A DNA stretch of 64,000 bases from an uncultured Gemmatimonadales bacterium. Lineage in GTDB: Bacteria; Gemmatimonadota; Gemmatimonadetes; Gemmatimonadales; GWC2-71-9. A program made the position numbers and the translations under genes. The notes beneath the pieces are model-generated. The model saw only the letters and a program-made list of their open reading frames with translations, was not told the DNA's origin and made no database searches. The stretch lies in assembly GCA_963821525.1 (NCBI GenBank), contig CAWGED010000004.1, positions 64,001 to 128,000 of the forward strand, written 5' to 3'. Below, piece by piece: positions 18,329 through 29,301 of this stretch (its first letter is position 1; the number at the start of each line of letters is the position of its first letter).

Positions 18329-19285
18329 ATGAAGTCCGTGATTCTGCCGCCCCTGACGGTCTTGACGATGGCAACAGTCGCGCGAATCGAAGGTCCTTCC
18401 TTCACCGCAGCGGTGAGCGGATCGGTCCAGACCGTTCTCTCCGGCAATGCGGTCTTCGGTCCGGTCCGGGGCCAGGCCAACATCCCGGGATCCTTTTCGC
18501 TGACGCTTGGCGCCTATAGCGACAACGGCGCGGTGGTGTTCAGCCGGGTCGCCACGGGACAGCCGAAGCTGGGGACCTATCGGGTGACGGCCTTCACCGG
18601 CGGGCCGGAAAAGGATGACGAGTTCCACGCCCTGGTATCGCTGGGCTCGGCCGGCAATCCGGTGGGAGCGTTCCGGGGAATGAGCGGTACGGTCACGATC
18701 ACTCAGTCATCCCCCGACCGGATCGTGGGACGCTATGAGCTGCACGCCGTCGGGTTCATGGCGACGGACATGAATGATGAAGAGCGGGAGATCACGGTGC
18801 GCGGCTCCTTTGCGGCCAGAGCGAGCTCGCTTCCCTCGACCTTCCGCGCCGCGATCCGTGGTGCAGTGGGGATTGCGGTCAACGGCGAGTCGGAATTCGG
18901 GACGGCCTGGTCGAGTGAAGGGAACCGGTTCTCGCTGACGATGGGAACCAATACCGAGGCGTCGCTTGTGCTCTCGCGTAACATCGTGGCTCGTCCCGGC
19001 ACCGGGGTCTATCACATCACCCCGGAAACCATCAGAGATGACGGGGCATTTCACGGAGTAGTGGTTACCGGCGAACTCAGCCATCCGACCGGTGTGTTCC
19101 GGATCAAGAGCGGCACGATCACGGTCACTTCCTCCTCGGTGGAGCGGATCTCCGGAAGCTTTGAGATGCAGGCGGAAGGTTTTCTGGCGGAAGACATGGA
19201 TGACGAAACGCGCACGGTGACGGTCTCTGGCACCTTCAGTGCCACGCCAAGCGCGCCAATAGCACCTCTAACCCTGAGGCAGTAG
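18329..19285 (+). CDS. Hypothetical, probably exported, protein with two tandem beta-rich domains
   Basis: Internal duplication (FSLTLG...SGTVTITQSSPDRIVG..GFMATDMNDE vs FSLTMG...SGTITVTSSSVERISG..GFLAEDMDDE). Confidence 0.8.
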   Translation: MKSVILPPLTVLTMATVARIEGPSFTAAVSGSVQTVLSGNAVFGPVRGQANIPGSFSLTLGAYSDNGAVVFSRVATGQPKLGTYRVTAFTGGPEKDDEFHALVSLGSAGNPVGAFRGMSGTVTITQSSPDRIVGRYELHAVGFMATDMNDEEREITVRGSFAARASSLPSTFRAAIRGAVGIAVNGESEFGTAWSSEGNRFSLTMGTNTEASLVLSRNIVARPGTGVYHITPETIRDDGAFHGVVVTGELSHPTGVFRIKSGTITVTSSSVERISGSFEMQAEGFLAEDMDDETRTVTVSGTFSATPSAPIAPLTLRQ

Positions 19286-19294
19286 GAGTTGAGC

Positions 19295-19390
19295 ATGCAG
19301 ACATTCAACCGAGTCCGGTCGCTGTTCGCCTGGTGGCGGGCGCTACGGACCATGAACCAGATCCTGGGATCGAGCACCTTGGGACGGTAG
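19295..19390 (+). CDS. Small ORF (31 aa)
   Basis: TAGGAG stop/RBS fusion; MQTFNRVRSLFAWWRALRTMNQILGSSTLGR. Confidence 0.45.
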   Translation: MQTFNRVRSLFAWWRALRTMNQILGSSTLGR

Positions 19391-19397
19391 GAGCATC

Positions 19398-19508
19398 ATG
19401 CAGAACAATGAACGCGTCTCGCATCTGGGCGACGAGCGGACTACAAGGCCAGTGGAACGGACCAGCGGCAGACTGGCACCCACGGTCTACCTGAGGACGG
19501 AGAAGTAG
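19398..19508 (+). CDS. Small ORF (36 aa)
   Basis: TAGGAG stop/RBS fusion; MQNNERVSHLGDERTTRPVERTSGRLAPTVYLRTEK. Confidence 0.4.
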   Translation: MQNNERVSHLGDERTTRPVERTSGRLAPTVYLRTEK

Positions 19509-19512
19509 GACG

Positions 19513-19992
19513 ATGCGCCTCGAGTATCTCGCGGACCGGCCGGAATTCATCCTGCCGGTGGCAACCTGGATCTATCAGGAGTGGCCGGAAGAGTTCGCGA
19601 CCGTCGGGTTGGATGCGTGGCTGGCCGAGTTCAGGGGCACGCTCATGCGGGATGGAATCCCTACGACCTTCGTGGCGAGCGAGGGCCCCGGACTGCTGGG
19701 GACCGCGAGCCTGATCGCCTCGGATCTTCCCGAACGCCCCGCTCTGTCACCGTGGCTGGCCTCGGTGTACGTGTTGCCCAGGTATCGCAAGGCCGGAATC
19801 GCCACCGCGCTGATCGGGAGAGTCCTCGCACAAGCGAGCTGGCTGGGGATGGAGCAGGTCTATCTCCAGACCGAGAGCGCGGTCGAATTCTACCAGCGCC
19901 ACGGCTGGGTCGAGCGCGAGCAGCTGGAACTCAATGGCCGTGTGGTCACAGTGATGTCGAAAAACCTCGGCCTTGCCAGGAGAACGGCGTGA
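19513..19992 (+). CDS. GNAT family N-acetyltransferase
   Basis: PWLASVYVLPRYRKAGIATALI; FYQRHGW. Confidence 0.9.
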   Translation: MRLEYLADRPEFILPVATWIYQEWPEEFATVGLDAWLAEFRGTLMRDGIPTTFVASEGPGLLGTASLIASDLPERPALSPWLASVYVLPRYRKAGIATALIGRVLAQASWLGMEQVYLQTESAVEFYQRHGWVEREQLELNGRVVTVMSKNLGLARRTA

Positions 19993-20471
19993 CTCCCGAT
20001 CCAGTACGACTGATCCGCGTTTCCTGGCACCAGATCTCCACCCGACGCGAGCTGACCGCGGTGATGTTCTACGGCCGGCTTTTCGAGCTCGAGCCGGATC
20101 TGCGGGAAATGTTCCGCGATACCGATCTCCACCGGCAGCGCGCCAAGTTCATCGCGATGGTCGACCTCCTGGTGCGGTTTGCGGACCAGCCCGATGATCT
20201 GATCCGCGAAGCGGCACAGCTGGGACGCCGGCATGCCACTCTGAATCTGAGCAGCCGGAATTACGAAGTGGCAGGAGAGGCCTTGCTGTGGACTCTCGAG
20301 CGTTCGCTGGGGCTCGATTTCACTCCTGCGACGCGCGCCGCGTGGACTGAGCTGTATGCGCTGGTCGCCTCCGTGATGCGCCGGGTCTCGGGCCGGATTT
20401 CGGGCGCCACAGTGACGGTGCCCCATCTTCCGCCGAATGAGGGCTCAGGTAGCTTTCCCGGATGCACATAA
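19989..20471 (+). CDS. Single-domain globin (Vgb/flavohemoglobin-N-like)
   Basis: GTG start; FYGRLFELEPDLREMF, LGRRH, YEVAGEALLWTL, AAW. Confidence 0.88.
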   Translation: MTPDPVRLIRVSWHQISTRRELTAVMFYGRLFELEPDLREMFRDTDLHRQRAKFIAMVDLLVRFADQPDDLIREAAQLGRRHATLNLSSRNYEVAGEALLWTLERSLGLDFTPATRAAWTELYALVASVMRRVSGRISGATVTVPHLPPNEGSGSFPGCT

Positions 20472-22492
20472 TCGAACGCCTCTGCCCCGCGCTGTTCCTT
20501 CTCGTTCCACAATTCGCCACTCCACTCACCGGTCAACAGACCGGCGGCCGGCCCGTCACGATCGAGGACCAGTTCGCGATCAAGGACGTAAGCGACCCCC
20601 GGATTTCTCCGGACGGCAAGTGGGTAGCCTACGTGGTCAGCCAGAAGGACCTGGAGGAAGATCTCAACCAGAGCGATGTCTGGATGACCAGCTGGGACGG
20701 CGCCACCACCGTCCAGCTGACTCACACCAAGAAGGAAAGTGAGAGCGATCCCGGCTGGAGTCCCGACGGGAAGTACCTGGCATTCCTTTCCGACAGAGAA
20801 GACGAGAACGAGGCCTCACAACTCTGGCTGCTCAACACCGCAGGCGGAGAGGCGGAGCGGCTCACCGACGGCAAGAACGGCATCGAGAGCTTTGCCTGGG
20901 CCCCGGACGGCAAGCGGATGGTGTTCGTCATCGAAGATGGTGACTCGGTCGAAGTCGGCGGGACCGACACCACGCACAAGGAGACTCCAAAGCCGATCGT
21001 CGTCGACCGGTACTATTTCAAGGAGGACTACACCGGTTACCTGGGCCGCAAGCGGGCTCACCTGTACCTCTTTGATGTCGCGACCAGGATCACCACCCAG
21101 CTCACCTCGGGCGATCACAATGAATCGCTGCCATCGTGGTCTCCCGACGGGAAGTCGATCGCTTTCGTCAGCAAAGGAGCGGAAGACTGGGACCGGAACG
21201 ACAACTACGATGTTTACGTGGTGGACGCGACTCCCGGCGCCACGCCGCGGCAGCTGACCACCTTCGAAGGGCCCGACGCGGAACCTGACTGGGAGAGCCC
21301 GCCGGCCTGGAGTCCGGACGGGAAACAGATCGCCTACCTGCAGGGCGGGCCACTCAAGCTGATCTACTACGCGGGGCACAAAGTCGCGGTCATTCCCGCG
21401 GCGGGCGGCACTCCGAAGATTTTAACGGGCACTCTCGATCGGAACACCGATCTCCTCCGGTGGTCGGCGGACGGGAATACCCTGCTCTTCCTGGTGGAGG
21501 ACGACAGGACCCAGTACCTGGCCAGCATGCCTGCGGCCGGCGGATCCATCAAGAAGCTCCTGAGCGGCCGGAGTGCCGTGACCGAATATTCCGCCGCCGA
21601 CAACGGGCGGACCGCGGTTCTCTGGGAAGATCCCTCCAAGCCCGCCGAGATCTACGCTGTGGAGGACGGGAAGACTCGGCAGCTGTCGCATCAGAACGAT
21701 TCGCTGCTTGCCACGCTCAAGATGGGCAAGACCGAGGAGATCTCGGTCAAGAGCAAGGATGGAACGACCATCAATGGCTTCATTGTGCTGCCGCCGGACT
21801 ACGAACCGGGCAAGAAGTATCCGACGATTCTGCGCTTACACGGCGGTCCGGTGGGGCAGTTTCCGCTCGACTTCAATTTCATGTTCCAGGTTTTCGCGGC
21901 GAATGGTTATGTGGTAGTCGCGACCAATCCCCGCGGCAGCTCAGGACGCGGCGAGAAGTTCAGCTTGGTGATCTACGCCGACTGGGGCAACAAGGACGTG
22001 GAGGACGTTCTGGCAGGAGTGAACTACACCGTCGCCAAGGGGATTTCCGACCCCGACCACCTCGGCGTCGGTGGATGGAGCTATGGCGGCATTCTGACCA
22101 ACTACGTGATCGCCTCGGACACCCGGTTCAAGGCGGCGGTAAGCGGCGCCGGTAGCTCGGACATATTCGCCGGTTACGGGACAGACATGTACGTGCGGGA
22201 GTATGACACCGAGCTGGGTCCCCCATGGAAGAGCACCGAGGTATATCTCAAGCTGTCCTATCCCTTCCTGCACGCCGACCGGATCAAGACCCCAACACTC
22301 TTCCTTGGCGGGCAGAAGGACTTCAACGTGCCGTTGCTCAACTCGGAGCAGATGTACCAGGCATTGCGTACACTGGGAGTTCCCACCCAGCTGATCATCT
22401 ACCCCAACCAGTACCACGGCATCTCCAAGCCGAGCTATGTGAAGGATCGGTTGGAGCGGTATGTGGCGTGGTATGACGAGTATTTGAAGTAG
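20462..22492 (+). CDS. S9 family (acylaminoacyl/dipeptidyl) peptidase, secreted
   Basis: PD40 WSPDG repeats; GWSYGG nucleophile motif; DFNVP; YHG. Confidence 0.93.
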   Translation: MHIIERLCPALFLLVPQFATPLTGQQTGGRPVTIEDQFAIKDVSDPRISPDGKWVAYVVSQKDLEEDLNQSDVWMTSWDGATTVQLTHTKKESESDPGWSPDGKYLAFLSDREDENEASQLWLLNTAGGEAERLTDGKNGIESFAWAPDGKRMVFVIEDGDSVEVGGTDTTHKETPKPIVVDRYYFKEDYTGYLGRKRAHLYLFDVATRITTQLTSGDHNESLPSWSPDGKSIAFVSKGAEDWDRNDNYDVYVVDATPGATPRQLTTFEGPDAEPDWESPPAWSPDGKQIAYLQGGPLKLIYYAGHKVAVIPAAGGTPKILTGTLDRNTDLLRWSADGNTLLFLVEDDRTQYLASMPAAGGSIKKLLSGRSAVTEYSAADNGRTAVLWEDPSKPAEIYAVEDGKTRQLSHQNDSLLATLKMGKTEEISVKSKDGTTINGFIVLPPDYEPGKKYPTILRLHGGPVGQFPLDFNFMFQVFAANGYVVVATNPRGSSGRGEKFSLVIYADWGNKDVEDVLAGVNYTVAKGISDPDHLGVGGWSYGGILTNYVIASDTRFKAAVSGAGSSDIFAGYGTDMYVREYDTELGPPWKSTEVYLKLSYPFLHADRIKTPTLFLGGQKDFNVPLLNSEQMYQALRTLGVPTQLIIYPNQYHGISKPSYVKDRLERYVAWYDEYLK

Positions 22493-22544
22493 CCGATAGT
22501 CATGGTCGTGGGTCGTGAGTCGTCGCGTCCTGAGCCTTCGCCGA

Positions 22545-24198
22545 ATGGCCTCGACTCCAGACCATCGACCATCGACCGCCCTCTTCGAAGCGCAGACCCG
22601 CGACAAATGGCAACGCCAGTCCGCGACCCGGATTCTAGGCAAGATCGGCCTGCCCGCCCCGCTCAAGGACCTCGCCTCACGGCGATGGGACGTGATCATC
22701 GTGGGCGGCGGGCACAACGGGCTTACCTGCGCTTTCTATCTCGCCCGGGCGGGCAAGAAGGTGCTGGTGCTCGAGGCGCGGGAGCGGATCGGAGGCGCCT
22801 GTACACTGGAAGAAACCTGGCCCGGTTTCCGAGTCTCTCCCTGCGCATACGTCGTGGGCTTGTTGCATCCTCTGGTCATCGAAGAATTGGAACTGCCTCG
22901 ACGGGGATACCGCTGGACCCCGGCGATGGGCGGCTATTTCGTCCCGTTCGACGACGGCACGAGTCTCCAGCTGTGGGACGATGAGGCCAAGGCGGACGAG
23001 GAGCTGAAGCGTTTCAGCCCCAGGGATGTCGAAGGGCGGCACGCCATGCACGCCCTGATGCACCGGGTGTGCGACGCGATTCGTCCGCTGGGAGATCGGG
23101 ACGTGTGGATCGGTCGAGCGCCGACCCGGGAGCAGCTCGAGGAACGACTGGGACATGACCCCGACGCGATCGGCCTCCTGTTTGAATGGTCCATGGCCGA
23201 GCTGATGGAGCGGTATCTGACCGACGAGCGGATGCAGATCGCGTACATGGGTCAGGGCGTGGTAGGGACCTTTGCGAGCCCCTACGACCCAGGCACTGCA
23301 TCCATCTACTTCCATCACTACTGCGGCCGGCTCGATGGTGGCGAACCCGGTGGCTGGGGCTACGTCACCGGTGGAATGGGGACGGTCTCGTTCCTGATCC
23401 ACGACGCCGCGATCGAGGCAGGGGCGGTGGTTGCAGCGGGAGTACCGGTGAGCCGGATAGTCCCCGGCGAAGGGGTCGAGCTGGCCGGCGGCGATCGGAT
23501 TCAGGCGCCAGTGGTGGTTTCCAACGCGGATCCCATCGTGACCTCCCGCCTGCTGGGAGACTCCGCCGATGCCGGCTGGCGCACGGCGGGTCGAAGCGGT
23601 GCCGATGCGGAGCTGCACGGTGAAGGTGAATGCGGCACTCGCCGAGCTGCCCAACTTCAAGGCGAGGCCCGGTACCCGGATGCCGCACCACCTGGCGACG
23701 ATCAACACCCCACTAACCAAAGCCGAGTGGAAGGAGTGCTACGCCGACGCGGTTGCCGGGCGACTCCCGAAACGGTTGTGGACCGAGATCTACCTGCAGA
23801 CGGCGTATGATCCGAGTGTGGCGCCTCCGGGCCGTCACATCATGAGCGTCTTCTCGCAGTACGTGCCCCACACGTTCGCGCAGGGCGATTGGGACACCCA
23901 TCGTGCGGCGGCGGGAAAGCTGGTGATCGATTCGATCGGCCGCTTCTGCAGCAATATCCCCGACGCGATCCTCGACATGGAAACCCTGGGCCCACCCGAC
24001 GTGGAGGCCAAGGTGGGGCTAACGGGGGGACACATCTTCCAGGGCGAGTGCCTGCCGCCGTACATGTGGAGCAATCGTCTCGAATACCGCACGCCGATGA
24101 AGGGCGTATACCTCTGCGGCGCCTGCACCCATCCCGGCGGAAGCGTGATCGGGATCAACGGGCGGAACGCGGCGATGGAGGTGTTGGGGAAGCTGTAG
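22545..24198 (+). CDS. Phytoene-dehydrogenase-like FAD oxidoreductase, frameshift near 23585
   Basis: IIVGGGHNGL; YLCGACTHPGGSVIGINGRNAA. Confidence 0.85.
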
Positions 24199-24255
24199 AC
24201 GGGAGACGGGAGACGGGAGACGGGAGACGGGAGTCGGGAGACGGGAGACGGGAAT
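24197..24255. repeat. Heptamer tandem repeat (AGACGGG)n
   Basis: Seen directly. Confidence 0.9.
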
Positions 24256-24450
24256 CACAGAGGCACAGAGAGCACAGAGGTCTCAGGCCGACTCGACAAT
24301 ATCTAGTTTGCTATCACGAGCGCACGAAGAACACAAAGAAACACAAAGAGTGGAAGCGCAGAGACGCAGAGAACACAGAGGAAGGATTATTGAACGGGGC
24401 CACGATCCTTCGGTTGAAACATTGAATGACGGAGAGGCACAGAGAAGGCT

Positions 24451-25380
24451 ATGAACCCTGAGACCGCGTGCGGACCCTCTGCGCCCTCTGCGTCTCTGTG
24501 TTGTGTTTTTCTACCAGGAGAGTCCGCACTGGGGCAGAAGGCCCCGCCGGACTCGACGTTCGTCGTCCTGCTGGGCACCGGAAACCCCTATCCCGATCCC
24601 AACGCGCAGGGCCCCGCCACCGCTGTAGTACTGGGGACGCGCGTCTTCCTCATCGACGCCGGACCGGGCGTCATGCGACAAATGCGGGCAGCGAACCTCA
24701 CGATTCGCGGACCCGAGGCCGTCTTCTTCACCCATCTGCACAGCGATCACACCCTGGGCTATCCCGATCTGATCTTCACCTCCTGGGTAATGGGCCGGAC
24801 CGCACCGCTCGAATCGTACGGACCTCCCGGACTCCGGGCGATGACCGATCACCTCACCGCGGCGTACGCGGAAGACATCCAGGTCCGCGAACAGGGTCTC
24901 GAACACCAGACCCCGGGTGCTTGGAAGGTCAACGTCCACGAGATCAAACCCGGCGTGATCTACAAGAAAGATGGCGTCACCGTCACCGCCATCTCAGTTC
25001 CCCATGGGAGCTGGAAGACCGCTTTCGGCTATCGGATCGACACACCCGACCGCTCGGTGGTGATCTCGGGGGACACCCGGCCGAGTAAAGAGCTGGAAAA
25101 GGCGGCGAAGGGAGTCGATGTTCTGGTACACGAGGTCTACCCCGAAGCGAAGATCAAGCCCGAGGAGCGTCTTGGCGGCAGCGACTGGCCCAAGTACATG
25201 CGCTCCTTCCATACCTCCGACAAGGAACTTGGGGCTCTCGCCGCCCGTAGTGGACCTCGCCTTCTCATTCTCTATCACATCGTGCGCATGGGCGGTACCG
25301 ACGACGAATTGCTCGCCGGAGTACGGGCGGGTGGGTTCAAGGGGCGGGTGGTGGTAGGGAAGGATTTGGGGAAGTACTAA
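24451..25380 (+). CDS. MBL-fold hydrolase (RNase Z/AtsA-like)
   Basis: LLGTGNP; THLHSDH; ISGDTRP. Confidence 0.88.
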   Translation: MNPETACGPSAPSASLCCVFLPGESALGQKAPPDSTFVVLLGTGNPYPDPNAQGPATAVVLGTRVFLIDAGPGVMRQMRAANLTIRGPEAVFFTHLHSDHTLGYPDLIFTSWVMGRTAPLESYGPPGLRAMTDHLTAAYAEDIQVREQGLEHQTPGAWKVNVHEIKPGVIYKKDGVTVTAISVPHGSWKTAFGYRIDTPDRSVVISGDTRPSKELEKAAKGVDVLVHEVYPEAKIKPEERLGGSDWPKYMRSFHTSDKELGALAARSGPRLLILYHIVRMGGTDDELLAGVRAGGFKGRVVVGKDLGKY

Positions 25381-25474
25381 GGCGGGAGGGCGGGAAGGGC
25401 GGTCAGGGCGGTCAGCAACAAAGAAGTGAATCTCGGTACTAGGAACTCGGTACTCCCCACACCCAGGCCTAAGA

Positions 25475-28400
25475 ATGCACTCGATCCGTCGGCTCCGGAC
25501 TTTGCTTCTCATTCTCGCCTTGCCGGCCCTCGAACTCCATGCGCAGGGCACACAGCCTGTTGCGCCATCCCACGGCGAGCGCCACCTCGATCGCCTTTGC
25601 CTACGCCGGCGACATCTGGGTTACCTCGCGCGAAGGCGGCGATGCGCGACGGCTCACCAGCTTCCCCGGTGAGGAGTACTACCCGGAGCTCTCGCCCGAC
25701 GGAAAACTGGTCGCGTTCACCGGACAGTACGGCGGCAACGTCGATGTCTATGTGGTGCCCATCGAAGGGGGAGAGCCGAGGCGTCTCACCTGGCATCCCG
25801 GGCCCGACGTGACTCGTGGCTGGACGCCGGACGGGAAGCGCATCGTTTTCGCTTCGGGTCGCAACAGCGCCCCACGCACCTACAACGTGAAGCTGTGGAC
25901 CGTGCCGGTTGAAGGCGGGTGGCCCGAGCCGTTGCCGATGCCACGGGCGTCGACCGGGCAATTCTCCCCCGACAGCAAGTCGTTCACCTACCGGGTGGTG
26001 AGCCCCTGGGATGTAGAATGGCGGAACTACCGCGGTGGCCAGGCTCAGCCGATCCGGGTGGTGAACCTGACCGACCTTTCCATGACCAAGCTGCCGTGGG
26101 AGGGGAGCAATGACACCGATCCGGTCTGGCTGGGCAACACGATCTATTTCCTCTCCGATCGGGACTACGCCGCCAACCTCTACTCCTATGATCCCGGCAC
26201 CAAGCAGGTCACCCAGCTCACCCACTACAAGGATTTCGACGCCAAGCATCTGAACGCGGGTGGCGGTGTCCTGGTCTACGAACAGGGCGGATACATCCAC
26301 CTGTTCGATCCCGCGGGCAAGTCCGACAAGCAGCTCGTCATCAATGTGCGGGGCGACCTGCCCTGGGCTCTCCCCCAGTGGGAGGACGTGAGCCAGAGTC
26401 TGACCAATCCGTCGCTCTCTCCGACCGGAGCCCGCGCCCTGTTCGAAGCCCGCGGCGAGGTGTTCACCATTCCGGTCGAGAAAGGCGACTGGCGCAACCT
26501 GACCCGGTCGCCCGGAGTGGCCGATCGGAACCCGGTGTGGTCTCCCGACGGAAAATCGATCGCGTGGTTCTCCGACCAGAGCGGCGAGTACAAGCTCATG
26601 CTCGGAACCCAGGATGGACTCGGCAAGCCGCGGGAGATCACGATCGCCAACCCGACGTTCTTCTTCACCCCCACCTGGTCGCCCGACGGGAAGTATCTCG
26701 CCTTCACCGACGAAGGGCTCAACCTGAGCATGGTGGAGGTGGCAACCGGCAAGCTGACGCGGATCGACACCGATCGGTTCGCCCATCCCGACCGGACGGT
26801 GAATCCCGTCTGGTCTCCCGACAGCAAGTGGGTGGCTTACGCCAAGCGTCTCACCAGCCAGTTCCATGTGATCATGGTGTATTCGCTGAAGGACGGGAAA
26901 ACCCGGCAGCTCACCGACGGGCTCTCCGATGCGGTGTACCCCGCCTGGGATCGTGAGGGAAAGCTCCTCTACTTCCTCGCCAGCACCGATTTCGCGCTCA
27001 ACAGTGGCTGGCTGGACTTGAGCTCCTACGACCGGCCCGTCAGCCGGGGCGTCTATTTCGCGGTGTTACGGGCCGATCAGCCCTCGCCGCTGTTGCCCCA
27101 GAGTGATGAGGAGACTGCGAAGGACACGACCGCCAAGCCCGACTCAGCTTCCAAGAAACCGGAGAAGAAGTCGACGAAGGAAACCAAGCCCAAAGCGGCT
27201 GCCGATTCCGCCAAGGCCGACTCTGCAGTCAACGTGCGGATCGACTTCGACGGGATCTCCCAGCGCATCCTTTCGCTCGGCGTGCCAGTCCGGCAATACA
27301 AGAGCATCGTGGCCGCGGCCGATAGTGCGGTGTTCTACGCCGAGTCGCTCGCCAACGAGCCGGGTGTGACCTTGAATCGCTACGACTTCAAGAAGCGCGA
27401 GGCGGCTCCCTGGCAAAAAGGTGTCCTGGCCTATTCGCTCTCGGCCAACGGGAAGAAGCTGCTCTTTCAGACCGGCGAAGGCTGGACCGTCGCGGGCACC
27501 GAAGGACTGCCGGCCGAGACCAAGGCGAAGAAGCTGAACACGGCGGTGCGGATGCGGCTCGATCCCCCGGCGGAATGGCACCAGATCTTCCGTGAGGCGT
27601 GGCGCTACGAGCGGGATTTCTTCTATGTGAAGAACCACCACGGCGCCGACTGGGATTCGGTCTACAAGATGTATGAGCCCTGGGTGGCCGATGTCGGTCA
27701 CCGGTCCGATCTCACTCACCTGCTCGACATCCTGGGTGGTGAGTTGTCGGTGGGGCACTCGTTCACCGGCGGCGGCGATACGCCCGAGATACCGCGGGTC
27801 TCGATCGGCCTGCTCGGCGCCGATCTGGTCCCCGACAACGGTCGGTATCGGATCGCGCACATCTACACTGGAGAGAACTGGAACCCGGACCTGCGGGCGC
27901 CACTCAGCGAGCCCGGCGTCAAGGTGTCCGAGGGTGATTACCTCCTCGAGGTCAACGGTGTAGAGCTGAAAGTACCCACCGAGCCATACAGCCTCTTCGA
28001 AGGCACCGCGGGACGGCAAACGGTGATCCGGGTGAACAGCAAGCCGGTGATGGAGGGCTCGCGACTCGTTACCGTGGTGCCGGTGGAAAACGAGATCGCT
28101 TTGCGGTCGCGCGCCTGGGTCGAGAGAAATCGCCGGCTGGTGGATTCGCTCTCAGGCGGCAAGCTTGCCTACGTCTGGATCCCCAATACCGCCGACGACG
28201 GCTTCATTTATTTCAACCGCTACTATTTCGCCCAGCAGGACCGGCTCGGCGCGGTGGTAGATGAGCGGTTCAATGAAGGCGGCTATATCGCGGACTACGT
28301 GGTAGACCTGCTGGCCCGTAAGCTTCGGGGATACTTCAACAACCCGGTTGCGGACCACTACCCCTTCATGACCCCTGCGGCTGGAATTCCGGGTCCCAAG

Positions 28401-28778
28401 GTGATGCTGGTCAACGAAATGTCAGGCTCCGGCGGCGACATGCTGCCCTACATGTTCCGGCAGATGAAGCTGGGTCCGCTGGTGGGGATGAAGACCTGGG
28501 GCGGCCTGGTCGGCATCTGGGATGTGCCGCCCCTGATGGATGGCGGCTTCATCACGGCTCCACGCGGCGGGTTCTACAATCTCGAGGGCCAATGGGACGT
28601 CGAGAACAAGGGCGTGGCACCGGACATCGAAGTCGAGGAGACTCCGCTCACCGCCAAGGACGGGCGCGATCCCCAGCTCGAGCGAGCAGTGGCCGAGGCA
28701 ATGAGCCGCCTTGCAGCTGACGCGCCGAAGATTCTTCCGGAGCCGCCGCCGCCGGTGCGGGTGCGGAGGCCGAACTAG
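25475..28778 (+). CDS. Tricorn protease homolog (S41), frameshift near 25550
   Basis: Signal peptide in ORF 25475; propeller repeats, PDZ, SGSGGD, KTWGGLVG. Confidence 0.92.
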
Positions 28779-28779
28779 C

Positions 28780-28890
28780 AGGGAGTAGGGAGTGGGGAGT
28801 AGCGCCACGTGCCCCACTTCTTCCCTACTTCCTGCCACCTACTCCCTTCGTCCTGCCCCACTCCCTACCCCCTACTCCCTACTCCCTATG
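28780..28890. repeat. Inverted heptamer repeat (GGGAGTA)n/(TACTCCC)n
   Basis: Seen directly. Confidence 0.8.
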
Positions 28891-29214
28891 TCCCACCACT
28901 TCACCCTTTCCGAAGGTCTGGCCAGAATGCCCGGCCCATACAAGGACCAATACGACGTGCTGCTTCGGCATGGCACCATGATGGTGGGGTTGTATGCGCC
29001 CCGAGGGATTGACGACCAGACCCCGCACACCCGCGACGAACTCTATTTCGTCATGGCTGGAACTGGCTGGTTCGTAAACGGGCCGGATCGCCATCGTTTC
29101 GCTCCGGGCGACGTCCTTTTCGTGCCGGCTGGAGTAGAACATCGCTTCGAGGAATTCAGCGACGACCTCGCCCTTTGGGTGGTCTTCTATGGACCGGAGG
29201 GCGGGGAGAAATAG
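28888..29214 (+). CDS. Cupin domain protein
   Basis: QTPHTRDELY; GDVLFVPAGVEHRF. Confidence 0.9.
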   Translation: MSHHFTLSEGLARMPGPYKDQYDVLLRHGTMMVGLYAPRGIDDQTPHTRDELYFVMAGTGWFVNGPDRHRFAPGDVLFVPAGVEHRFEEFSDDLALWVVFYGPEGGEK

Positions 29215-29301
29215 AACAGCGGAGACGAACCGACGAACCGACGAACGACGAACCGACCGCCGGAGTTTGACCCTGCCAATACCCAACGGCAGATTAGCTG
29301 C

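Noticed and set aside
19513..28778. GNAT, S9 and tricorn peptidases as lanthipeptide tailoring or leader-removal enzymes
   Set aside because: Separate transcription unit beyond the BTAD gene, common families, and the PCAT already supplies a protease; no evidence of linkage.
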